This document shows, in pieces, positions 20,801 through 29,408 of a stretch of DNA of 64,000 nucleotides. The translations under genes and the position numbers were made by a program. Source of the DNA: Candidatus Anstonellales archaeon (GTDB taxonomy: Archaea > Micrarchaeota > Micrarchaeia > Anstonellales > J096); the NCBI GenBank assembly GCA_038890745.1, contig JAWAFD010000002.1, forward strand, positions 183,130 through 247,129. The letters are read 5' to 3'. Below the pieces are notes generated by a model, which saw nothing but the letters and a program-made list of their open reading frames with translations, was not told where the DNA came from and ran no database searches. Within the stretch, counting starts at the first letter, position 1; every line of letters begins with the position of its first letter.

Positions 20801-23701
20801 GTGCATAATATAACTACAGACAATATAGTTAGAGATACGGTTCTTGATTCTTCTGACAAATATATATATTATTATGTCAGGAATGTGACTGGGGACGGTT
20901 TGTATGATACTACAGAGCCAATACCTACAAATGTTGGTTTTATTGGAGTTGTTAACTCATCAGATTTCTTAGTTGAAAATGTTTCCCTGCACAATAACTC
21001 CCATGGGTTGTTATCTGTTCTTGCTAACAATGTAACTGCAAATAATGCTACATTTTACTATGAATACATAGGAGCATATCTGCTTTATTCAAGTAACCAT
21101 AATATAACGAACTTAAATTCTTCTTCTAATGGTGCAGGTGGATTTAGATTATACTATTCGGATAAAAATAATATAACGGATTCAGAGATAAAAAATAATG
21201 GCTTGTTTGGCGTTGATTTAAGATACACAAACAATACAATAGTCGAAAACAATCAGATTCACAATAATTCGTACTACGGTTTTAGAGGTTATGCTTCTTC
21301 CTATAGTAATAAAATTATTAACAATACGATAGGGTCGTTCCATAATATCAGCATTTATCTAAACAATGCGCCCTATACACTTATAGAGAACAATACAATT
21401 TATGAAAGTAACATTGATGGAATACATCTATTCATGAACTCTAATTGCAACATAATCAACAATTCCATTACTTCAAACACACAATATGGTGTTAGCATCC
21501 ATTACCAGTCTTCTAATAATACAATACTCTACAATACTATAACAAATAATGGCTACTCAGGACTCTACATCTTGATATCTGTAAACAACACTATTGCAGG
21601 TAATACTATTTCTGACAACACCCAAAATGGAATATATTTATTTGGGTATGCCAATGAAAACAATATAACAAACAATACTATCTCGGACAACTTTTTCAAT
21701 GGAATAAGGATAGAAGCTGGGTGTAGCAACAACCTCATCTACAACAACATCCTCAACAATACCTATAATACATATGACGATGGCACTAACTATTGGAACT
21801 ATTCCTACTGCCCAGGCGGGCCTAACATAATCGGTGGACAATGCATAGGTGGAAACTACTATTCTGATTATGATGGGATAGATGATGGAAGCGGCTCCCC
21901 ACCCATTCATAATATTGCAGGAGATGGAATAGGAGATAATCCGGACCAGTATGCGATAGGTGGAGGAAGCAACATTGATTACATGCCTTTGACAAATAAC
22001 CAACTAGGAATGAATTGCATGTATATAAATTCAAACACAAGCCTTCTTGCGAACTTGGTTGGAAACAAATCAGATAGGGCGTGCATTACGTTTAATGCTT
22101 CAAATATCTACTTAAACTGCTCCGGTTATAATATCACAGGAAATGTCTATGATCCTGAAAACAAAACATACGCAATAATGACAAACGGATTTGAAAACAT
22201 AAGCATAATAAACTGCCCAAACCTAACCAACTATTCTTTTGGAATATATGTTAATGGTACAAAAAATGCAACGATAAATAATGTAACCTCTTACAAAAAT
22301 ACCGATAGCGGGATAGGAATAGTAGACAACAGCAGCCAGATAGAAATATCAAATACAACCCTTCCTTTCAACACGGAAAATGGAATATTCATAAACTCCT
22401 CTTCCCAAGTGAACGTTTACTCAACAGAGATATACAACAATCCCTACTCAACCCTATTCAATGTAGGGATATACTCTCTAAACTCTTCCAGAATTTTAAT
22501 CTCAAATGCTTCAATATACAACCATAGCACCTATGGAATTTTGGCTTACGACACGTCACATATCAGCATTTCTGACTCCTACTCGATATTCAACCAAATT
22601 GCAGGAATGTATCTTAATGCAGGGAATAACCTTACGATGCAAAACAGCAACTTCTCAAACAATACAATATACGGTATAAGACTTAATGCTTTCGAAAACA
22701 TTACAGGAAACAATATCACAATACACGGAACCAGAGGGGATGAGGCATTTTTAGCAGACTATTCCTACAATGCAACCATCTCAAACTCTTCAATAAGCTT
22801 TAACTATCTTAACGCTATACGATTATTCACTTCTGCAAATTTCACATTCAATAATATCACAGCAAACAATAATACAAGAGGGATCTACATAAACGACTAT
22901 ACAAACGGAACAAGAATACTTAACTCTAACATAAGCTTCAACAGTGATAAAGGAGTGTTTTTCACACAAACAACAGATAATAATAGAATGGAAAACAGCT
23001 ATATTTGCTTCAATACCCAAAAGGATATAGATAATCAGGACGGAACAGATAACAACGGCTCATTGAACACATGCGACACATACTATCAGTGGAAGGATGA
23101 TGAACTGCCAGATGGATGCGCCATGACATGCACTTCTATATGGCATTATTTCTATGGAAATATTACTGGTTTGATTTTGCTTGGAACAAACTGGACAGAG
23201 CCAAAATTCATGTCCAACTGGACTCCTGCAATAGTGCACATGTATGTATTCCCAGAAGGAAATACAATAAGCTGGTTGGAACTTCAGGCATTAGGAAGAA
23301 AGGCAGATAATACAACAGCAAGCAATGATTTTGAAGAGGCGGACATAGCTTTGGGAATAGACCCTGCATTAGTGGATAGCATAAACAAAACATTCAGCAT
23401 AGATGGAACACTTCCAATAGAGAACACGACATATAGGGTATGGGGTAGGGATATTGCAAACATTTCCATCGCAAACTCAACGGATAACAAGAATTTCAAG
23501 ACAGGTATTTTGTGGGACACGAGCGATGGGGGAACAGAATTTACTTCTGCAGAGCATCAGGATTTGGTGTTTATGACAAATATTACATGGGACGGAGAAG
23601 GAAAATGGGGAACATATGATTATGAAATAAGAGTGCCTTCCCAGTTTGCCACCTATAATGGAGGAGCAGGTAGGGTTATAATTTATCTAGAGGTTCAATA
23701 A
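11837..23701 (+). CDS. Giant (~3950 aa) secreted multi-module beta-helix adhesin/surface glycoprotein
   Basis: Signal peptide, acidic NITEN linker, repeated LY(S/K)C...C...(WE) domains, successive beta-helix modules closed by GTNYWN...CIGGNFYS...GDGIGD...DYLPL caps, and the shared C-terminal domain. Confidence 0.85.
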   Translation: MNKKTAVALLVAIALVFALTSEYSISIDRSEYYVGEAVNITVTMPLKVYAVKLYITLPSNETEETPAIRCRTGLCLYQYFPDQPGHYIVGLFDRNISVEFDVLRNENETAPPLINITPTLPRLSYYDERTNLTFFYYLIPTEEGYGDLIIENITPHLPALVLNNFSLNSSLFIHAYELNISENQTILKIKNYSQNISENISTEATNITENLTENITENTSEEIALEITETKNTTEENFSEIINENNTGLNETENITENLTEIESETEIRNLYNVIFVNLSGTNFSYAEYYILLEYDTLLSCVNFTNETCALWEKANSTQDGIFAILNSTSDFLVAGQLNISYPLDISENISLNVSEENISEINITPLEDEVYKQLEIVFIDMGFDYYEDFWTYDSVEEEVQELLIQNAFFVVYDEKGEGRIPEYIISMVDEKHANVGIFKPIQSVPVITFYSLYLDKELKMSAYDINDSAFVLDTYYLFYPYGIVYAEKKGEYLYSCEDFSYDYTCRTGFKELNYTLQKGKAVFNITKEQKLFLWTEKPLTIPGGEQNATELLPSININISDTRGKQKNYTYEILEYTGRYASVTFYFSPEERIHSITLYNLSLSGEPFILLDEFSNSILLVDLSNSDFDYSVVIAKDYGGDLYKCKEFDKNYSCSGGWEKWPYFASGGYIVFKLLPEDPLFIQTINLSTVTTLNIIDPFGNPVNGSYEILDNSTGLDVQINFNSGQVLQLTIYDIPDDGYSHTIVVGDTFVNDSENNMTNTFVIDLSNISYNYSNVVARNSGGDLYKCSTFSSNFSCLSSWELYPYTNNGVNRSFNLTEGDPMFGYEKEGNISIFDITSCTAITTSGYHTLDNNLVGNTSNSIGGYYYCIAIRVSNVELNCQNYEIRGNSAGSTVGIIIYDPPLAINPLTNVTVRNCNVLNYSRNLMIDSALTTDHSQITIRDSRFNLSSGNSIRVEDCDDSNFTNLVVDRTSDGGILFLTDSTNNRVVNFTGYNSANFFIMDYSGSNNFTNITLRNGGWAGIWIRGVDNSIVDGFDIQNITESGGVVYGGIYVSSGGDNNIIRNGKIYDLVTYGIQVNGSYNNTITNVTIYNSTSESGIFIYEDTADNNKIYNSTIYRNADYGIYVNGADDLLIYNTNIENHTSGYEVYLYAPSSLVSVSNILIQNSRFVNNKSINTMGINAIYGSNITVDNSTFTGIYIGAYFNQSNTITIKNSTFLRNGKAGIFFDSTTSSSVLDNDINDTYWTSDDPGGIYLGFCDWNSVNFYKFEGGIILCYSNYTQISYNYLKGNGTCTDNCIANHNGCEAGIFTYNSKLNNITYNIFRNSGDNYDSLYFYSYDTNYWYNDQNGTDPLTGNNNVNDGIKLDNSRGFNISHSNFSNNREWGIFLTNSNDTYIYNNTASYNTNVGIRLASSANNTVIYNTAFKNQQGFRVEQLEAINNIFKDNTAYSNSYYGFYLYFSSNNTLSNNTAYSNSYYGFYLYFSSNNNTLSNNTAYSNSYYGFCLYFSSNNNILSNNTAYNNNIYGIYLYQNADNNTIVNNTIYNNSIYQLLINETYPSYDNKIYNNIFNASAGQGVVYDSGTNYWNTSYDCTGTNIIGGDCIGGNFYSNYTGADDGSGATYPHNIAGDGIGDNPDDYYIYGGSNIDYLPLTNLRTACFYADTSNTVYTLTRNLYGNKSDRICITINASNITIDCNGYNITGTYPYTGYTIGIGNYDSRNNVTIKNCYITNYTFGIYANLSNQYNITNNSLVANGKAGIFFDSTENSTIWDNDINDTYWTSDDPGGDYFQFCNWSAGNFSRFEGGIILCSSNYTQISYNYLKGNGTCGGGGPGCGSNHNGCEAGIFTYNSKLNNVTHNTFRNSGDNYDSLYFYSYDTNYWYNDQNGTDPLTGNKNVNDGIKLDHSRGFNISHSNFSNNYEWGIFFTWSNDSYIYNNTARYCVGSGGVGIRLARSANNTVIYNTAFKNQEGFRVDYSEAINNILKDNTAYNNSWYGFHLSSSSNNTLSNNTAYSNSYYGFHLYFSSNNTLSNNTAYNNNIYGIYLYQNADNNTIVNNTIYNNSIYQLLINETYPSYDNKIYNNIFNASAGQGVVYDSGTNYWNISYDCTGTNIIGGDCIGGNFYSNYTGVDDGSGATYPHNIYGDGIGDNPDDYYIYGGSNVDYLPLTNNQTLCFYADTSNTVYTLTRNLYGNKSDGNCITIVDWTTNITIDCNGYNITGWGVGKGIFSAYSSHNTIKNCNIRNYTYAMDLRVGQNISVFNNNITNNTNGIALIVDIKHSRLYNNYFYDNTGSSFYMVYGCDNVSFYNNTIEKSGGWAISLRDTTTNSRIENNTIFNGDNVGIGLYPSDTLNNTIKGNSIYNQGSYGIYLSSGTNNNTISDNIVYNTTNYQIAISSSSDNLIYNNIFNASAGQGVVYDSGTNYWNISYDCTGTNIIGGDCIGGNFYSNYTGVDDGSGATYPHNIYGDGIGDNPPNYSIYGGSNWDYLPLTNNITYARCFYANISNTVYTLSGNLYGNKSDRICITINASNITIDCNGYNITGNHSLTENTIGIGSYVGWENVTIQGCHVSNYTYGVYAYSFNNTLIDELNSIRNHFGIYLNQTTNSNITNSKIEVYNETAWSRGIYLVNSSGIRISSSHINRTGLTSAPWAIGIMPCATNDTIIESSNFTDRLTRSIFVSICREVDGTEFQAPTYNLTIKDNHFWNTETVIALWVNYNTSIINNTIEYYRGYGIVSGYLGLPGEYWDLLIENNTIRNATNCLDDPSYSGHMTGIYIDTNSGGWTVRGNRIEYMPTLGIDLDGVGGYSYDMLFENNVFNHTGENDYGAGCNPTPNMGGVYFGGIENSTVQNNIVENFGSSIGINFWWRENQNVLVQNNTVFNGNATGIGGSGTQNNITVRNNTVSFARAGIGFSSTSNSAFYNNTVHDNTKEGIAISNGYNNTLQDNLAYANMYGISLNNVVNHTLLNNNMTNNRYNFYIEGSSVPHFVHNITTDNIVRDTVLDSSDKYIYYYVRNVTGDGLYDTTEPIPTNVGFIGVVNSSDFLVENVSLHNNSHGLLSVLANNVTANNATFYYEYIGAYLLYSSNHNITNLNSSSNGAGGFRLYYSDKNNITDSEIKNNGLFGVDLRYTNNTIVENNQIHNNSYYGFRGYASSYSNKIINNTIGSFHNISIYLNNAPYTLIENNTIYESNIDGIHLFMNSNCNIINNSITSNTQYGVSIHYQSSNNTILYNTITNNGYSGLYILISVNNTIAGNTISDNTQNGIYLFGYANENNITNNTISDNFFNGIRIEAGCSNNLIYNNILNNTYNTYDDGTNYWNYSYCPGGPNIIGGQCIGGNYYSDYDGIDDGSGSPPIHNIAGDGIGDNPDQYAIGGGSNIDYMPLTNNQLGMNCMYINSNTSLLANLVGNKSDRACITFNASNIYLNCSGYNITGNVYDPENKTYAIMTNGFENISIINCPNLTNYSFGIYVNGTKNATINNVTSYKNTDSGIGIVDNSSQIEISNTTLPFNTENGIFINSSSQVNVYSTEIYNNPYSTLFNVGIYSLNSSRILISNASIYNHSTYGILAYDTSHISISDSYSIFNQIAGMYLNAGNNLTMQNSNFSNNTIYGIRLNAFENITGNNITIHGTRGDEAFLADYSYNATISNSSISFNYLNAIRLFTSANFTFNNITANNNTRGIYINDYTNGTRILNSNISFNSDKGVFFTQTTDNNRMENSYICFNTQKDIDNQDGTDNNGSLNTCDTYYQWKDDELPDGCAMTCTSIWHYFYGNITGLILLGTNWTEPKFMSNWTPAIVHMYVFPEGNTISWLELQALGRKADNTTASNDFEEADIALGIDPALVDSINKTFSIDGTLPIENTTYRVWGRDIANISIANSTDNKNFKTGILWDTSDGGTEFTSAEHQDLVFMTNITWDGEGKWGTYDYEIRVPSQFATYNGGAGRVIIYLEVQ
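15500..18500 (+). repeat. Tandem ~1.5-1.6 kb intragenic module duplication
   Basis: 15500-~16950 versus 17102-~18500, with long identical tracts such as 16382-16604 = 17927-18149. Confidence 0.9.
16177..16400 (+). repeat. Three tandem 66-69 bp beta-helix rung repeats (NTAYSNSYYGFYLYFSSNNTLS)
   Basis: Directly visible. The sister module has only two such rungs (~17800-17940). Confidence 0.85.
19046..19257 (+). repeat. Third copy of the module-cap coding sequence
   Basis: Identical to ~18080-18292 and near-identical to ~16535-16747. Confidence 0.85.
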
Positions 23702-23739
23702 ACGAAACCTTTATTATTCTTATCTCGGAATTCTTAACG

Positions 23740-26700
23740 ATGTCCATAAGGGTTTTGCGTTTTGCGTTTGCACTATTTCTACTTTTATCTATCTTCAACG
23801 CTGTTGATCTGAGTACCTGCGGTTCTCTCTCTTCAAATACCTACTACGAAGTAACTCAAGACCTTAATACTGGAGATTCCCAGACACCATGCCTTGTTGC
23901 ATACGGCGTGTCTAATGTTGTGGTAAATTTGAAAGGGTATTCTGTTAGAGGAATAAAAATACAAAACTCTGCAAATAACATTACAATAGAAAACGGTTCA
24001 TTAGCTCTTCCCGGTAATTATTTCGGATCTTTTGCTTACCTTAAAATATATATCCGCGATTCTTCAAATATTACTATAAAAAACGTTTCCCACTATGCCT
24101 ATTGTACATCCCCGGGATGTAGCGGCCCGGAGATAGCCAATTCAATGAATGTTTATTTCTACGAAGTTTCCTCCACCCTTCCATCTGATGCAAGAGGAGG
24201 CAACCCAAGCGTTTTTTTTGGTATTCAAAACACAACAAACGCTACATTTGAACGGCTTAAGTATTCTTTCCCGGACTCTCTCGGCCACTGCACAGCCTTG
24301 GCTTGGACAGCGATTCTTATAGATTCTTCGGGTTCTGGTGCTAAAAAATCAAACAATATTGTGATAAAACAATCAGAAATAACAGGTTCTTGCAATGGAA
24401 TACTTTCATATACAGAAAATTTGACGCTGTATAACAATATTATAGATACATACGACGTACAGATATGGCCGAAATATTGCAATAACAACATCACGAGCAA
24501 CATGGGAAAAAACTCGCTCTACCCGATTGTTTACATGGAGCACAACTCCTCCCAAACCTATTCTCCTGGGTCAGTTTCTCAGCTTATTTTCTGCAATATC
24601 TCGAATTTTCAGGTCACAGGCCCAACAGCAATATACGGAGGAATTCTTCTCGTTAACTCTTCGAACAATACATTTAACGGATTCTCAACAAACACGACAT
24701 ACACGGGAATAGTTTTTGACAGGAGCAAAGACAACAAGTTCTATAATGGTGGAATGCATAATGGAGTTTATGGGGTTTTGTTCTATGCAACAGATGGTGT
24801 TGCGTCCACAGGCAACTCATTTGAAAATACCTCGTCCTCTAATATCACAGACCGGGTGTTTGGAGGATGCGGAGTAAGAGGAGAGTGCGTGTGCAATTTT
24901 TCAGTAAAAAACGCCTCTTTGAATGGATTCCCTGCTTGGTTTAATACAACAACAAACGGAATTACTGTTTCGAATGTAAACCTAAATGAGCTTACTTTCT
25001 GCGATGTTGAAAACTCTACAGTGAGCAATGTCAATATAACAAACGGGACTGGCTTTTGGAGCTTTTCAAGCGCAAACATCTTAGTTGAAAACTCAAACAT
25101 TTCCAATGCTCATTATCATAATCTTTTCTCATACCTTGATGATAACATTACAATAAGAAACAGCGATTTAAGCTATTTCAGGGTTGATCCCTCAGCACAA
25201 TGGGCATACAGCCACTCTACTATGTTTTCGCGTTCTCAAAATATCACCGTCGAAAACATAACCTCATATGAAACGAACGGTTTCGCAGTTTATATCGGAA
25301 CTAATGCAAATGTTTTCAACTCAAAAATCATAAACACAAAATCTGGCGGATGCTACTACTGCAGTTTTTCCCTTGGTTTTTCAGGGACGAACGCATGGGC
25401 AGAAAACAATACCGTAATTTCAGATGAAACCAATCTCTATGGTATTGTCCTTGGGATAGCGTATAATTATTTGGGCGGAAACATAACAGCAAGGAATAAT
25501 ACGATAATGGGAAAATATGTCGGCATCGCATTGAGCAATCATCCAGGATATCCCCAGCCAAACAATAATATCGTGAACATTACGAGGAATCTAATCCAAA
25601 ACTCTTCCTATGGGATTATGATAAACCCGAGCACAACAAACATTACAGAAATAAGCTTCAACAGAATAGAAAATAAGATCGCATCCCGTGGAAGTACTGC
25701 ATGCATGTACTCTGTCGGCTCTTCATACAGAGGAATGAATGTATCCATATTCAACAATACAATGTACAATGCAACATATGGCTACTATGCCTCGTATGGG
25801 ATAAGAGACCATATATTCAATAATACGATATGCAATGTAAATACAGTTTTCTACCTCTACCACTCAACAGAAATATACATAGGAAACAATTCTATATGCG
25901 ATGATATATACACCCCCATAGATATAGTGAGCGATAATTCGCAGGAGTGCGCGCATGGAGTTAATTTCACAGTAAACGAAACAAACCCAGTTTATTTCAG
26001 TAACATAGATGATGTTGTTTTTGAAAACAACGACAGCATTGCGCAGATATTCTTGTGTAATGTGAGTAGAGCGCGGGTGCAAAACATCACGATGAGAAGG
26101 GAAAATGCCCAGTATGGCGTATGGGCCGTCCTCACACGATATAGCAACATTACAGATTTTAGATGTTATAACATGAACTCAAATGTGTATTGTGTTTATT
26201 TCAAGCATTTGGATTTTGAAAATAGAGTAAAGGATTCTATCATCGTGAACAATACATATGGCATAAGGATTTCTGAAAATTCAAACACCACGCATGTCTA
26301 TAACAACACCTTTGAAAACAACACCTATTCAGTTTATTTGGAAGGATACCTAAACAATATTTCAACCAACTCTTTCAAAAACCCAAAATCTGAGGGTGTA
26401 GAAGTTTATCTTTATGCCCTAAATTCAAATAATAATACAATAAGTAATAACACATTTACACAGTTAACTAATGGGTATGCTTTTAAGATCGTATATAAGT
26501 CAGCCTCCGGGAATGTTTTTGAGTGGAACACTGTTAATGGCCCGGGTGAATACTATAGCCCGATTTGGATATCCGGCCAAAGTAATACATTCAGATTTAA
26601 TACACTAAACGGCACAAAAACCAGCTCTGGTTTCCTAAACAGAGCAAACGGCTCTGTTTTTTACAACAACACAATAGAAAACTTCAGTGTCGGAATATAT

Positions 26701-28431
26701 AATGACTACCGGCCAGGATGGTATGCTGGGAACAATTCTCTCATATACCACAATTTCTTTAGAAATATTACAAACTATTATGTTTGGTGGGATTCGCACC
26801 TTACAGTATTTTTAAACACTTCAGTTTCAGGGGTTGCGCAGGGGAATTATTATGACGACATTCTAGAGTATCAAATATACGATTCTGATGATAATAGCTA
26901 CTGCGACTATGGAGACCAATACCCATACGGAAACCCGCCAACTGCAAAACTTCCTGCCACCCCGCCTTGGAAGGACTATGGACCCATAATCCTAGGAGGA
27001 ATATACGATCATCCTAATGGAGAGAATGAATCCGCCTATTCAGCATTCTACCTCAACAAATACATCTATGATTTGGAAAGGCACTACACTACTTCCTTTA
27101 TTCGCTATAACCACTCAACCCAAGGATTAAGACTTATGGTAAAAGGCCATTTCCATTTTGGGGACGTAAACATAAGCAATGCGAGCATATACACAGGTGC
27201 TTTGGAAACTGGCGGAAACTACACAGTTATAAACGCCACCTCTGCGGCGGGAATAAACGAAACCATCTCATTTTTTGTTCCAAACTTTTTGGACCAGGGG
27301 GTTTTTGTCTGCCCGAATGCAGAATCCCCGCAGGAGCTTACTTACAACTGCGAAGGATATACCTCTTTTGACATTACAGAATGCGAGGCAGGAACAACAA
27401 AAAATGGAATAACAGTGAATTTAATAACTTTCCTAGGTCAGGAATACTACAACATTACGCATGCTCAAAAAAGGGGAGGGGCAGGGGAGGAGATAGGTGC
27501 GAACCTTACGATATGGGACACGAGCGATAACGAGACAATTTGCCCAGGAGAAAACATTACATTTTTTGCAAACTATTCAAACGCAACTTCTGGTGAGCCA
27601 ATCCTGAATGCAGACTGCAACATAAGTTTTGAGGATGGGGTTTCTGCGATGATGTGGTACAACGACTCAAGTTTGCTTTATGAATACAACAGAAGCTTTG
27701 ATAACCCAGGAATATACTACTACAATGTCACATGCAATGCGACCGATTATCCAACGAGGTTTAGAGAGGACCATGCACAGGTTTTTATATGCGGGGTGTA
27801 TCTCTATGGAGTAAATGTTACGGTTATTAACATAAGCAAGTATAATTATACTTATGAGGTAGGGAGATATCCTCTTAGGCCAGGAAATATTACGAACCTT
27901 AATATAGACATGAATGTTTCTACAGAGAAATGGGCAGGCTTCTATGGCAATATCAGCAATGGAACATACTTAGTTTTAGGGGATGCGGTAGGAAATTTTA
28001 TGTATAAATGGCCATGGGGAGGGGAGGAAGGAAAGGGAAGGGTTGTGTGCACAAGCACAAACGGAAGTTTGTACTTCATCAACCTTACCGGTGCTCTTGG
28101 AAGCGAGATAGATACAGCATGGAATTTCCTTCCGAACGCGGCTGATTCTGGAACGAACACATTCAACCAGCAGTGCGACATTACTTTTGGCGCGTATACA
28201 ATACAAAATGCTGCATGCAGGCCTACAGGGTATTGGAATTTCTACACCCGTGCCCTCAAAATCTATCCGTGGCTTGGTCATAAGGACCAGATGGTATTCT
28301 GCACAAACATCACCTCTGCAACAAGCTTTGTGGATACTCCAGTTGATTTTGAGCTTATCGTTCCTACAGAATACGGAATGGGCAGCGGCCCTCCTTATGA
28401 AATATACTATTTCTATGTATCCATAGAGTAA
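23740..28431 (+). CDS. Large secreted beta-helix surface protein ending in the shared subunit-like domain
   Basis: Signal peptide, beta-helix rungs, an Ig-like domain and C-terminal PGNITNLNI...TEKWAGFYGN...YYFYVSIE. Confidence 0.85.
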   Translation: MSIRVLRFAFALFLLLSIFNAVDLSTCGSLSSNTYYEVTQDLNTGDSQTPCLVAYGVSNVVVNLKGYSVRGIKIQNSANNITIENGSLALPGNYFGSFAYLKIYIRDSSNITIKNVSHYAYCTSPGCSGPEIANSMNVYFYEVSSTLPSDARGGNPSVFFGIQNTTNATFERLKYSFPDSLGHCTALAWTAILIDSSGSGAKKSNNIVIKQSEITGSCNGILSYTENLTLYNNIIDTYDVQIWPKYCNNNITSNMGKNSLYPIVYMEHNSSQTYSPGSVSQLIFCNISNFQVTGPTAIYGGILLVNSSNNTFNGFSTNTTYTGIVFDRSKDNKFYNGGMHNGVYGVLFYATDGVASTGNSFENTSSSNITDRVFGGCGVRGECVCNFSVKNASLNGFPAWFNTTTNGITVSNVNLNELTFCDVENSTVSNVNITNGTGFWSFSSANILVENSNISNAHYHNLFSYLDDNITIRNSDLSYFRVDPSAQWAYSHSTMFSRSQNITVENITSYETNGFAVYIGTNANVFNSKIINTKSGGCYYCSFSLGFSGTNAWAENNTVISDETNLYGIVLGIAYNYLGGNITARNNTIMGKYVGIALSNHPGYPQPNNNIVNITRNLIQNSSYGIMINPSTTNITEISFNRIENKIASRGSTACMYSVGSSYRGMNVSIFNNTMYNATYGYYASYGIRDHIFNNTICNVNTVFYLYHSTEIYIGNNSICDDIYTPIDIVSDNSQECAHGVNFTVNETNPVYFSNIDDVVFENNDSIAQIFLCNVSRARVQNITMRRENAQYGVWAVLTRYSNITDFRCYNMNSNVYCVYFKHLDFENRVKDSIIVNNTYGIRISENSNTTHVYNNTFENNTYSVYLEGYLNNISTNSFKNPKSEGVEVYLYALNSNNNTISNNTFTQLTNGYAFKIVYKSASGNVFEWNTVNGPGEYYSPIWISGQSNTFRFNTLNGTKTSSGFLNRANGSVFYNNTIENFSVGIYNDYRPGWYAGNNSLIYHNFFRNITNYYVWWDSHLTVFLNTSVSGVAQGNYYDDILEYQIYDSDDNSYCDYGDQYPYGNPPTAKLPATPPWKDYGPIILGGIYDHPNGENESAYSAFYLNKYIYDLERHYTTSFIRYNHSTQGLRLMVKGHFHFGDVNISNASIYTGALETGGNYTVINATSAAGINETISFFVPNFLDQGVFVCPNAESPQELTYNCEGYTSFDITECEAGTTKNGITVNLITFLGQEYYNITHAQKRGGAGEEIGANLTIWDTSDNETICPGENITFFANYSNATSGEPILNADCNISFEDGVSAMMWYNDSSLLYEYNRSFDNPGIYYYNVTCNATDYPTRFREDHAQVFICGVYLYGVNVTVINISKYNYTYEVGRYPLRPGNITNLNIDMNVSTEKWAGFYGNISNGTYLVLGDAVGNFMYKWPWGGEEGKGRVVCTSTNGSLYFINLTGALGSEIDTAWNFLPNAADSGTNTFNQQCDITFGAYTIQNAACRPTGYWNFYTRALKIYPWLGHKDQMVFCTNITSATSFVDTPVDFELIVPTEYGMGSGPPYEIYYFYVSIE

Positions 28432-28471
28432 CCATAATGTTTAAAAACATATGTATACATAAAAAATAACC

Positions 28472-29332
28472 ATGAAATGGGGTAAGAAGATTGCGCTCGC
28501 TGCTGGAATTACTCTTCCTGCAATTGGTTTAGGAGCAAAAGAAGTAAAAGCAGATCCGTTTCCAGGTCAACCCCTCCAAGTTTCACACTTGGATCAACAG
28601 GCGATGGATTATCTTTATGGATTACGCCTTCCAATGATTATAGATAGTTTAAACGAAAGAATAACCATTTACAAGAAAATGTTACAGTCCGCCGAAAATA
28701 GATACCCTGACCTTACTTTTATTTCTCGCATCCTCTCCCAAAGTGGAGTTGCCATGGACCGCATAGGAGACCAATCCACTTTAATAACAGGAGTAACTTC
28801 AACACCAACAACAGCAATTGTTTCAGTAATGGATATTCTAGATATAAATAGTTCTGGTGTTGTTCAAGGCGTGAAGTTAAGACCAGAATATCGCAAGAAA
28901 GCAGTTTGGCTTTTCGGAGAGACAGAGGTATGCGAATTAGAGAACGCCCTCTCCAAACTTTTCACAAATACCATGGACGAGTACAGAGTTGATTATATAA
29001 GTCCGGGAGGGACGAGTAAGGGCCAGTCATCTTCCACTGTTCCAAAATGGTTAGATGCTCTTGATGGAAAGTATGTTTACATGCTTGTTAAAATAGTTAT
29101 GTTGGTTAATGGAATTAAACCGGAAGATGTTGCTGCTTACAGTAAAGACCTTGATACTGCGTATAAAGAGATTCTATGGTTAATGTTTCAGATCAATTGC
29201 GCGACCAAGGCAAAGAGTTTGGCAGAATGGCTATCAGAACACGGCGCTGACCCAAATATTCCATACGAAATAAAAATGCAAAAGTATGATGAATTAAAAA
29301 TATTACTTAAACAGCTGGGGATATACATCTAG
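28472..29332 (+). CDS. Hypothetical secreted protein
   Basis: 286-aa ORF with a basic/hydrophobic N-terminus ending VKA. Upstream tttaaa and downstream oligo-T. Confidence 0.65.
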   Translation: MKWGKKIALAAGITLPAIGLGAKEVKADPFPGQPLQVSHLDQQAMDYLYGLRLPMIIDSLNERITIYKKMLQSAENRYPDLTFISRILSQSGVAMDRIGDQSTLITGVTSTPTTAIVSVMDILDINSSGVVQGVKLRPEYRKKAVWLFGETEVCELENALSKLFTNTMDEYRVDYISPGGTSKGQSSSTVPKWLDALDGKYVYMLVKIVMLVNGIKPEDVAAYSKDLDTAYKEILWLMFQINCATKAKSLAEWLSEHGADPNIPYEIKMQKYDELKILLKQLGIYI

Positions 29333-29408
29333 TTCCCTCTTTTTTCTTTTTTATCCATTCCCATAAGCTTTATAAATATTAGAAGAGTAAGTAAATAACG
29401 GTGAAAAC

